IMG/VR virus record: IMGVR_UViG_3300032216_000338 | Span: 1-46,956 of that record | Source: a virus | Taxonomy: Duplodnaviria; Caudoviricetes | Direction: 5' to 3' (one strand) | Length of the DNA: 46,956 bases | Shown: positions 1 to 8,501 of the stretch, piece by piece | How the letters are laid out: each line of letters opens with the position of its first letter | Position numbering within the stretch: the first letter of the stretch is position 1 | Position numbers and translations under genes: made by a program | The notes under the pieces: model-generated | The model's database searches: none | What the model was told of the DNA's origin: nothing | Seen by the model: only the letters and a program-made list of their open reading frames with translations

Positions 1-313
1 GACACAATCTGCGGAGAAAGTCTCGCTAATCGACGCACAAAAAGCGGAGATGAATGCTATATACGCGCACGATATATCGCTAAATGAAGGCACATCCACA
101 TGGATGAAAGACCTACGCGCTTCGGTTCGTCCTGTTATTACTTACGGTTTCTTTTTCTTGTTGGTAGCTATTGACGGCGTTTTGGCTTACAAAGGGTTGA
201 CTAGCGGTACAGATTTTAATGCGTTGGCTGACCAATTATGGGATGACGAAACCCAAGCGTTGTTTGCTGCGATTATCAGTTTTCACTTTGGTGGTCGTGC
301 GTTCGGAAAATGA
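1..313 (+). CDS. Holin (GTA_holin_3TM-like), 5'-truncated by window edge
   Basis: Frame is open from base 2. SVRPVITY followed by a hydrophobic helix, C-terminal FHFGGRAFGK, and ATGA overlap with the lysozyme. Confidence 0.75.
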   Translation, partial: TQSAEKVSLIDAQKAEMNAIYAHDISLNEGTSTWMKDLRASVRPVITYGFFFLLVAIDGVLAYKGLTSGTDFNALADQLWDDETQALFAAIISFHFGGRAFGK

Positions 314-789
314 TAAGCAAAAAAACACTTGATCTAATCAAACACCACGAGGGGGTAAGGAATAAACCTTACCGTTGTCCGGCACGACTTTGGACGGTTG
401 GCGTAGGCCATGTGATTGACCCCAATCATGCAAAAGTACCGTTTGAAGACAGACTAAGTTTGCCGTGCCCAGATGGCTGGAACCGTGTATTTACAATGGA
501 AGAAGTCGATGCCATACTTGCAAAAGACCTTGAGAGGTTCGAGCGCGGAGTTCTTAAATATTGTCCTAACGCTGGCTCTAAGCAAGGCTGGATGGACGCT
601 TTGGTCAGTTTTAGTTTTAATGTAGGGTTAGGAACTTTGCAACGTAGCACACTACGCCAAAAGCACAATAGAGGCGATTATGTTGGCGCTGCTGATGAGC
701 TATTAAAGTATTGCAAAGCAAGCGGCAAAGTCTTAAAAGGCTTAGAGAACCGCCGCAAAGATGAACGCGCGTTGTACTTAGGAGCTTAA
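310..789 (+). CDS. Endolysin, GH24 phage lysozyme
   Basis: HEG-x-R...Y-x-C...WTVGVGH catalytic region, DALVSFSFNVG, and C-terminal GLENRRKDER. Confidence 0.93.
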   Translation: MISKKTLDLIKHHEGVRNKPYRCPARLWTVGVGHVIDPNHAKVPFEDRLSLPCPDGWNRVFTMEEVDAILAKDLERFERGVLKYCPNAGSKQGWMDALVSFSFNVGLGTLQRSTLRQKHNRGDYVGAADELLKYCKASGKVLKGLENRRKDERALYLGA

Positions 790-1011
790 ATGAAGCAGAT
801 TATAGAAGCATATACCCGTGAAGATGGCGTTGTAGAACCCGCACATGAGGTTGAAGTTGTATGCACACATTGCAAAGACCCCGTAAGCCAAGAAGAAGAA
901 AATACAGGGTTATGCACTAACTGCAGTCAGCCTTGGGCTGTTCAACAAAGCGTAAATGTATTCGCAACGACGTTTCCAGCTATTGATGGTATGACTATTA
1001 GAATAGGTTAA
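790..1011 (+). CDS. Small zinc-ribbon protein
   Basis: CTHC...CTNC pair, GGAG RBS, in-line between lysozyme and nozzle gene. Confidence 0.6.
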   Translation: MKQIIEAYTREDGVVEPAHEVEVVCTHCKDPVSQEEENTGLCTNCSQPWAVQQSVNVFATTFPAIDGMTIRIG

Positions 1012-1013
1012 TC

Positions 1014-3173
1014 ATGCCATTACAGCAGCTACAGTTTCGGCCCGGAGTTAATCGAGAAGGTACAACACTTGCCAACGAAGGTGGTTGGTTTGAGTGTGAC
1101 AAAGTGCGTTTTCGTTCTGGATACCCGCAAAAAATAGGCGGCTGGGCTGCGCTGTCGTATAACACTTTCTTAGGCGTTTGTCGTTCTTTATGGAATTGGG
1201 TGACGCTAAAAAGTTTTAACTTACTTGGTGTTGGTACCAACTTAAAATTTTATATTGAGTACGGCGGTACTTACTATGACATTACACCTATTCGTTTGGT
1301 TACAACGGGCACTGCTACATTTACGGCGACGCCCGGCTCTAATATATTAGTTGTTACTGACCCTGATAACGGTATTAAAACAGGCGACTTTGTAACTTTT
1401 TCTGGTGCGTTAGCGCTTAGTATACAAACTATCACCATAACTATTGGTGTCCCCACTGTAATAACTTTAACCACCGCACTACCTAATGGCACGGCTATAA
1501 CCCTTGCTACAACAGGTAACTTACCTACCGGACTTACTGCGGGCACTACATACTATGTAGTTAATGCTTCTGGCGTTACATGTAACTTAGCGTCGACCGT
1601 TGGCGGTGCGGCTTTACCTACTGTTGGTTCTCAATCGGGTGTTCAAACATTATCCAACGTAGATGGTATGTCTGCTGCCATACTTAACCAAGAGTACCAA
1701 GTTACATACGTTTCTTTAAATAGTTATTATGTTGAAACTCCTGTTAACGCCACTGTTTATGATACTGGGAATGGTGGGGCTAACATCGTAGCTACATATC
1801 AAATTGAAGCTGGTGGAGAAATCTATACTGTTGGTACTGGCTGGGGCGCTGGCCCTTGGAATGCTGGTAATTCTGGTAACGCGTGGGCGCATGGTTGGGG
1901 CACTGCCTATACATCGGGTTTTGGCGCGCAGTTGCGTCTATGGAGTCAAGCTAACTTTGGTGAATATTTGTTATTTAACCCCCGTGGTGGCGCTATATAT
2001 TTGTGGACGCCCGGCGCAGGAGATAACCCAGCAGTAACTACTCGGGGTGAAGTGTTAAGTATTGATAGTTCTGGAATATATGAAACAGACGCAAACTGTC
2101 CTGTAATATGTAATACGCTCGCTGTTTCTGACTCTTCTCGTATTGTTATAGCTTTTGGTTGCAATGATTACGGTGAAACCGAGTTAGACCCATTACTTAT
2201 TCGTTGGTCAGATCAAGAAAGTTATTCTGTTTGGACTCCTCAAATTACTAACCAAGCGGGTAGTTACCGTTTGTCTCGTGGGTCAGTAATTATTACGGCG
2301 GTGCAATCGCGCCAAGAGATTCTAGTATGGACTGACACCGCGCTGTATTCAATGCAATATTCTGGCCCCCCTTTTGTATGGCAATTTACTTTATTAGCAG
2401 ATAACTTATCTATCAACGGCCCTAACGCTGTAACTACAGTTAACGGTGTTACTTACTGGATGGGTACAGATAAGTTTTATGTCTACTCAGGGCGCGTTGA
2501 AACCTTACCTTGCTCCTTACGTCAGTATGTATTTGACGACATTAATCGTGACCAAGGTTATCAATTCTTTGCAGGCACTAACGAAGGCTATAGTGAGATT
2601 TGGTGGTTCTATTGTTCAGCTAATAGTACGGTTGTTGACCGCTACGTTATATACAACTACTTAGATAAAGTTTGGTATTACGGCAATATGGGGCGCAGTG
2701 CGTGGTTAGATAGTCCACTACGCAACTACCCTATGGGGGTAACTTACGACAACTTAGTTGTGTATCACGAAGCGGCGGTTGATGACGGCACTACTAACCC
2801 ACCTACTGCTATTGACTCGTACATTCAGTCGTCTGACTTTGACATCGGTGATGGTCACAACTACGGGTTTGTATGGAGGATGGTGCCTGATATTACGTTT
2901 GATGGCTCTACGGGTGAAACCCCTAATGTAAACTTTACCGTACGCCCACGTCAAAACCCCGGCGCATTCTACGGCTCTGCGGATAGCCCCACTGTTAGCT
3001 CAGCGTTGCCTTATAGTCAAGTTCATAACTATAACGTGCAGCAGTTTACTCAACTTGTATACACAAGGATTAGGGGTAGGCAGTTAGCATTTAGAATAGA
3101 GTCGAACATGTTGGGCACACAATGGCAGTTAGGTGTACCCCGTATTGATGTTAGACCAGACGGGAGACGTTAA
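1014..3173 (+). CDS. Tail nozzle / packaged-DNA stabilisation protein (P22 gp10 / tubular B-like beta-propeller)
   Basis: 719 aa, beta-rich. MPL..L.FRPG start, IRWSDQE motif, C-terminal RGRQ..FRIES...D.RPDGRR. Lies upstream of the ejection proteins. Confidence 0.7.
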   Translation: MPLQQLQFRPGVNREGTTLANEGGWFECDKVRFRSGYPQKIGGWAALSYNTFLGVCRSLWNWVTLKSFNLLGVGTNLKFYIEYGGTYYDITPIRLVTTGTATFTATPGSNILVVTDPDNGIKTGDFVTFSGALALSIQTITITIGVPTVITLTTALPNGTAITLATTGNLPTGLTAGTTYYVVNASGVTCNLASTVGGAALPTVGSQSGVQTLSNVDGMSAAILNQEYQVTYVSLNSYYVETPVNATVYDTGNGGANIVATYQIEAGGEIYTVGTGWGAGPWNAGNSGNAWAHGWGTAYTSGFGAQLRLWSQANFGEYLLFNPRGGAIYLWTPGAGDNPAVTTRGEVLSIDSSGIYETDANCPVICNTLAVSDSSRIVIAFGCNDYGETELDPLLIRWSDQESYSVWTPQITNQAGSYRLSRGSVIITAVQSRQEILVWTDTALYSMQYSGPPFVWQFTLLADNLSINGPNAVTTVNGVTYWMGTDKFYVYSGRVETLPCSLRQYVFDDINRDQGYQFFAGTNEGYSEIWWFYCSANSTVVDRYVIYNYLDKVWYYGNMGRSAWLDSPLRNYPMGVTYDNLVVYHEAAVDDGTTNPPTAIDSYIQSSDFDIGDGHNYGFVWRMVPDITFDGSTGETPNVNFTVRPRQNPGAFYGSADSPTVSSALPYSQVHNYNVQQFTQLVYTRIRGRQLAFRIESNMLGTQWQLGVPRIDVRPDGRR

Positions 3174-3484
3174 TGTCTACAGGCACTACCAAAGCCCCGA
3201 CGCTACCTCTTGCGCCAAACGACTACAACTTTCAGTATCAGAACCAGCTAAATACTATTCTGCGATTGTATTTTCAAACCCTAGACAATCCGGGGCCTAT
3301 TGCGGGGTCTACGTTGCGGGTTAGCGCTACAGAACTTATTGCGGCACTTAATTTTAGTCAAGTAGACCCTACCACAGGACTACGCGTTGTCAGTTTTCCG
3401 ACACAGACTGAGTTGGCGTATTTGCGTGTGGGTGATGTGTATTACGACACTTCGGCTGGGAATGTACTAAAGATTAAAACATGA
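3173..3484 (+). CDS. Small virion/tail-associated protein
   Basis: Coupled to the nozzle gene. P.LP.AP..Y......LRLYF pattern and GDVYYDT..NVLKIK end. Confidence 0.55.
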   Translation: MSTGTTKAPTLPLAPNDYNFQYQNQLNTILRLYFQTLDNPGPIAGSTLRVSATELIAALNFSQVDPTTGLRVVSFPTQTELAYLRVGDVYYDTSAGNVLKIKT

Positions 3485-3858
3485 CGCCCCAAGACCGCGC
3501 CTTAATTATGGTGTATGAGTCTGTAAAGCATCGGTTGACAATTGGGTTGGTTGAATATTTAGAAGCAGTAAAAGATTGGGAAGTTATACCCATAACCGAA
3601 GCAGGGCGCGTTATAGGCGGTGTATTGCTAAAAGATAATGAAATTCATGTAGGATGTGGGATTAGGCCAATCGGGTGTAATCGGGCGTATATTCGGGTCA
3701 TCCTCGGCGGTGTAATAGATAAATATGGTTTTGCGGTAACCCAAGTAAACGCTGATAATCAAGCTGGGCTGCGGTTTTGCGAGCGATTAGGGTTTGTCAA
3801 ATTAGGCACAAATGACGGTAAAATACTGTTACGGTGCGACAGGAGTAATTACGTATGA
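3481..3858 (+). CDS. GNAT-fold acetyltransferase-like protein
   Basis: N.AGLRFCERLGFV matches the GNAT acetyl-CoA-binding C-terminal motif. Confidence 0.65.
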   Translation: MTPQDRALIMVYESVKHRLTIGLVEYLEAVKDWEVIPITEAGRVIGGVLLKDNEIHVGCGIRPIGCNRAYIRVILGGVIDKYGFAVTQVNADNQAGLRFCERLGFVKLGTNDGKILLRCDRSNYV

Positions 3859-5417
3859 GAATACCAAATAAATTCAATGGTTATAGCGCAGACAACCGCC
3901 GCCTATATAACGACCCCGCCACTTTAACTGCTTTAACGGCTGCTGGCGCTGAAGGCTCTATGGTGGCTGCTCCTGCTCTTGCAGAAGCCGCAACGCTTCC
4001 GGGTATTGTTGGTGGCGCTGGTGCTTTTGCTCCTGAATTGATGACAGGGCTTGCTTCTACTACTCCCCAAATTGCTGGTACCGCTAGTACGTTAGCCGAA
4101 GCTTCGCCTGAAATTGCATCTAACTTAGCGTCGGGCAACGCCCAAGGGATTATGCAGGGCGCTCAACAACTACCCGGTGCTGGTGGCCCGCCAAGCCTAG
4201 AAGAGATGCAAGCTATGGGGCAAAACTTTGCCGCTAATTCTCCGGGTGCTGGTAGTCCAGACATGGCACAACAGTTAACTGCTGGCCCCGGCGCACCTAA
4301 TCAAATTGGCGCACCTCCTTCGACCGGCGCAGAACTTCAAGCAAATATACAATCAGGCGGCATTCAGTCTACAGGTACACAAACGGCGTTTCCACAAGAC
4401 ATGCCCGCTGCTCCACCAGAATCTGGCGGTATATTAGACGCGATTAGTAAGTTTACTGATCCTCTGACTTCTGGGTTTCAGAAAGCTATGGACTATGCTA
4501 AAGAAAAACCATTGCCTACTGCGATGGGGTTATACGGACTATCTAAGTTAACAGAAAAAAAATTACCCGGCCCTCAAAAATATAAAGGTTCTAGTTTTAA
4601 CTATAACGCGTTCAACGCACCTGTAATGAACCGCACTTTGTATGGCGCAAATGGCGGCATTATGCATTCCTATGATGTTGGCGGCCCAGTTGAACAAATG
4701 TCTAAACAAAACTCCGTAGGTGCTAATACTGGATACCCTATGGCGGGTCAACAAACTTATGGCTTCACTCCGCAACGCCCTATCTCCCAAAACATGTTAG
4801 ACCCAGAGGGAGAACAAAACTTAGACCCATATACAGGCGAACCTAAGTTTAATGAAGGCGGCATGACTGACTTTAAAAAAATGTTAGCAAAACAAGAAAA
4901 GGAACGCGAAGCGGCGGGCGAAGTAATATATCAACGTGCTAGGGCAAAAGTTGAAGACCCGGGTATTGTTAGCCGTCCATTATCTGAATCATCTACTGAC
5001 CCGTATTCAGCATCAATAAATAGAATGAAAAACGCGTCTAAAGTCGCCGGTATTAAGATGTACGAGATGCCTAAAATTAATATGCCTGAAAGTTTTAGTG
5101 TTACAGAGGCCGCAAACGGCGGTATCATGCACGGTTTAGGCGGTTATAGCGATGGTGGACGTCTATTGAAAGGGCCGGGCGATGGTGTATCTGATTCTAT
5201 TCCTGCTGTTATTGGTAATAAGCAGCCCGCTCGTCTTGCTGATGGTGAGTTCGTGGTGCCTGCACGTATCGTATCAGAGTTGGGAAATGGATCAACAGAA
5301 GCCGGAGCAAGAAAACTCTACGCCATGATGGAGCGCATTCAGAAAGGCCGTAGTAAGTCTGTAGGCAAAGGTAAGGTAGCGGTTAATTCAAGAGCAGATA
5401 AACATTTACCAGCATAA
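3855..5417 (+). CDS. Internal virion / DNA ejection protein
   Basis: Ala/Gly/Gln-rich, repeated AxGG motifs, C-terminal GPGDGVSDSIPA...LADGEFVVPA domain, position in tail-core block. Confidence 0.6.
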   Translation: MRIPNKFNGYSADNRRLYNDPATLTALTAAGAEGSMVAAPALAEAATLPGIVGGAGAFAPELMTGLASTTPQIAGTASTLAEASPEIASNLASGNAQGIMQGAQQLPGAGGPPSLEEMQAMGQNFAANSPGAGSPDMAQQLTAGPGAPNQIGAPPSTGAELQANIQSGGIQSTGTQTAFPQDMPAAPPESGGILDAISKFTDPLTSGFQKAMDYAKEKPLPTAMGLYGLSKLTEKKLPGPQKYKGSSFNYNAFNAPVMNRTLYGANGGIMHSYDVGGPVEQMSKQNSVGANTGYPMAGQQTYGFTPQRPISQNMLDPEGEQNLDPYTGEPKFNEGGMTDFKKMLAKQEKEREAAGEVIYQRARAKVEDPGIVSRPLSESSTDPYSASINRMKNASKVAGIKMYEMPKINMPESFSVTEAANGGIMHGLGGYSDGGRLLKGPGDGVSDSIPAVIGNKQPARLADGEFVVPARIVSELGNGSTEAGARKLYAMMERIQKGRSKSVGKGKVAVNSRADKHLPA

Positions 5418-5419
5418 CT

Positions 5420-5827
5420 ATGCCTTTATACCAAGTACACGCAAACGAATTACCTAAAGTATGGCCTATAGCTGCGCCTATGTTGCAAAAAGCTATCAAC
5501 CTTGACCCAGAATTAAATACGATAGAACAAGTTGAATACGCAGTACGCACAGGCCGTACGTTCTTGCTAGTGTGGGACGAACCAGACGAAGGTATTACTG
5601 GCGCAGTTACTGTAGATATTATCGACTACCCGCGTGAGCGCGTAGCACATGTGAATTTAATGGGTGGCAAAGGAATAGTGCGCACTCATGTGTTTGATGA
5701 AGCTAAAAATTGGATGCGCCTAATGGGCGCTACTACTGCACAATGTTGGGCTAAAGGAACACTAGTCCAGATGTATGAAAAAATGGGCATGACCAACACC
5801 CATCAGGTGATGAGGGAAAAATTATGA
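5420..5827 (+). CDS. Second GNAT-like protein (T7 gp13-like position)
   Basis: 135 aa alpha/beta pattern with ...MYEKMG end, directly before an ejection protein. Fold assignment is inference. Confidence 0.45.
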   Translation: MPLYQVHANELPKVWPIAAPMLQKAINLDPELNTIEQVEYAVRTGRTFLLVWDEPDEGITGAVTVDIIDYPRERVAHVNLMGGKGIVRTHVFDEAKNWMRLMGATTAQCWAKGTLVQMYEKMGMTNTHQVMREKL

Positions 5828-8490
5828 AATTTAACAACCGTTCAATGGCTTTAGTTGGCATCCCCGACTTGCCTGATACCGCTTTCCAACACAACGGCGA
5901 CCGTAAAATTAAACCCCAAGGTGGTGGCGGTGGTGGCCCTACGCAGTCTACGTCTTATAACACCAACATACCTGAATACGCTCAACCTTATGTTGAGCAA
6001 ATGCTTGGCGCTACGCAAAAACAAATATTTTCTGGCACTTCGAGTGGTAATGGGCAATTTACGCCTACAGGATTTAATCCATACACGCCTTACGGTTCAA
6101 CATATAACAGAGATGCTAGTGGCGCGCCGCTTAAAGATTCAAGCGGTAATATTATGTTTACCAATACAGCACAGCAACAAGCTGAAGCTGCTGTAGCCCC
6201 TATGAGTTATGGTCAGCAAGCTGCCATATCTGACCTTAATCAATACATATCGCCACAACAAACTACAGCAGCCTCTCAAATGGCTAGTGATTTAGCAGGT
6301 CGTTCGGCTGCTAGTGGTTATTATTCTCCTATGCAAGCGGAGCGGTTTCAATTAGGTAAGCCCCAACAAGTACGCACAGATTCGTTTACTCAACCGGGCG
6401 TGTCGCAAGGCTATATGTCGCCCTACATGCAGAATGTAGTTAATGCGCAACAGCGTGAAGCTCGTCGTGCGGGCGAGATTCAAAGAAACCAAAACCAAGC
6501 CCAAGCTGTAAATGCTGGCGCTTTTGGTGGTTCACGTCAAGCCATTATGGAAGCAGAGCGTCAGCGCAACATGGCTACGCAGCTTGGTGATATTCAAGCT
6601 CAAGGTTTACAAAACGCATATCAGCAAGGCCAAGGTCAGTTCAACACTGAACAGAATGCGTACCTGCAAGCGCAGCAAGCTAACCAAAACGCTAATATGC
6701 AAACAGGTATTCAAAACCTGCAAGCACAACAAGCAGCGCAAGCAGCGCAAGAACAATCACGTCAGTTTGGTGCCAACTTAGGGTTGCAGGGTTATGGTCA
6801 GGCTTTGCAGGGCGCTAATCTTGTGGGTCAAATGGGTCAGCAACAATACGGTCAGGACATGGGCAGGATTCAAGCTATGTCTGATCTAGGGGCTAAAGAA
6901 CAAGCCCAACAACAAGCTATTATTAATCAGCAGATACAGAATTACGCGACACAACAACAGTATCCGTTTATGCAGCTTGGCATTATGTCCAATATGCTGC
7001 GTGGTTTGCCTATGCAAGCGGGTACTACAAGTATGTATCAAGCGCAGCCTATGGGTGTTCAACAAGCTCTTGGTATGGCTGGCGCGTTGAATAGTCTTGG
7101 TAAAGCTCCGGGAAATAAAAAAGGCGGCATTATTAAGATGGCGTCAGGCGGTATTGCGTCTGGTGTTGACCCTTATGAATTACCGGGGATGGCTAAGAGA
7201 TTATCTGACCAACAATTACAACAAAAACTTTCTGACCAACAATCCGACCCAGAAACTAAAGGCATCATGCAAGCAGAGTCTCAGCGCCGTGCTAATACTC
7301 GTAAAGGGGTCATGGCTGCGGCTGGCGGGGGGATGATTGCGTTTGCTGAAGGAAGTAAAGAAGCAATTGATGATACTAATCCGTTTAAAGACAATCCTTA
7401 CCCAATTAGAGAAGACATAGGCAAAGAGAAGAAGCCAGTTACGCCTACAGAGAAAACTAAAAAGAAAGCCGAAGCCTCTGCGCCTAAAGCCAAAGACATG
7501 TACACAGAGTACGACGAGGCTATAAAAGCTGCGGAAGAAGGCTCGTTTAGTGAAACTAAAAAACAATTAGCTGAACGAGAAAAAGCTTTGCCAACGCTTC
7601 AAGCTGAAGCAGATAAAAGTATTGCGACGCGCGTTGCTGATATGCGTCAAATGAATAAAGACCTTGGCATTGAGGATAAATTTACAGCGCCATTACGCAA
7701 ATCTTTTGAAGAGCAAATAGCTAATAGCGCAAATGAATCTAAAGAGCAAGCTAGGTTGCGTCAAGCGCAAGCGTGGGCTGTTTTTGGTTCTACTCCGGGG
7801 CCTTTACTTAAAGTAGGTTTGCAAGCGCTTAGCGGTTATATTGACGATACTATTGCGGACGGAGAAAAACGCAAGAAGATGCAGAATGAGCTTAAGAAAG
7901 CTTTGTATGATTTAGACCGTTCTTCGTATTTAGAAAGTACAGGTATGGTTAAAGAAGCTAGGGAACATCACTTAAATTCGTTTAATACAGTAAATAAATT
8001 ACGCGATCAAATAGCAGATGACCGCCGTAGTTTGGAGCAGACAGAACTTAACCGTAAGATAGAAGCAGCTAAATCTAGACTTACAGCAAAAGAAAAGATG
8101 GAAGAAAAGCGCATTGCAGCCGGAACAAGAGGTGATACTAAAGATGCAGCACTTACAACAAGACAAATACAAATAGCTGAAAGTTTACGCAGTCAGTTTG
8201 AAAACCGTAATAAAGCCGCAATAGAAAGAATAAACCAAACATTGAGTATGGCTCCTGAAGGTAAAATTGCTGACGCAGCAAGGGATGAGCTTGCAGAAAT
8301 TAATAGGAAACGGGATCAGTTAGACGCGCGTATTGCTAAAGAACTTACTCGAGTACCGGGCCTTGCACCAGAGGAAGCTGCGCCTAGTAAAACTAGTGGC
8401 GCGTCTATTGCTGCGGGGCAAGTTGTGGATGGATATAAGTTTAAAGGTGGTGATCCTAATACTAAGAGTAATTGGGAAAAAGTTAAATAA
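5824..8490 (+). CDS. DNA ejection/pilot protein (Gln-rich, coiled coil)
   Basis: GGGGGG after a short leader, YMSPYMQNVV and AGAFGGSRQA motifs, long Q/A-rich helices. Confidence 0.65.
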   Translation: MKFNNRSMALVGIPDLPDTAFQHNGDRKIKPQGGGGGGPTQSTSYNTNIPEYAQPYVEQMLGATQKQIFSGTSSGNGQFTPTGFNPYTPYGSTYNRDASGAPLKDSSGNIMFTNTAQQQAEAAVAPMSYGQQAAISDLNQYISPQQTTAASQMASDLAGRSAASGYYSPMQAERFQLGKPQQVRTDSFTQPGVSQGYMSPYMQNVVNAQQREARRAGEIQRNQNQAQAVNAGAFGGSRQAIMEAERQRNMATQLGDIQAQGLQNAYQQGQGQFNTEQNAYLQAQQANQNANMQTGIQNLQAQQAAQAAQEQSRQFGANLGLQGYGQALQGANLVGQMGQQQYGQDMGRIQAMSDLGAKEQAQQQAIINQQIQNYATQQQYPFMQLGIMSNMLRGLPMQAGTTSMYQAQPMGVQQALGMAGALNSLGKAPGNKKGGIIKMASGGIASGVDPYELPGMAKRLSDQQLQQKLSDQQSDPETKGIMQAESQRRANTRKGVMAAAGGGMIAFAEGSKEAIDDTNPFKDNPYPIREDIGKEKKPVTPTEKTKKKAEASAPKAKDMYTEYDEAIKAAEEGSFSETKKQLAEREKALPTLQAEADKSIATRVADMRQMNKDLGIEDKFTAPLRKSFEEQIANSANESKEQARLRQAQAWAVFGSTPGPLLKVGLQALSGYIDDTIADGEKRKKMQNELKKALYDLDRSSYLESTGMVKEAREHHLNSFNTVNKLRDQIADDRRSLEQTELNRKIEAAKSRLTAKEKMEEKRIAAGTRGDTKDAALTTRQIQIAESLRSQFENRNKAAIERINQTLSMAPEGKIADAARDELAEINRKRDQLDARIAKELTRVPGLAPEEAAPSKTSGASIAAGQVVDGYKFKGGDPNTKSNWEKVK

Positions 8491-8501
8491 CCGGAGCAAT
8501 T

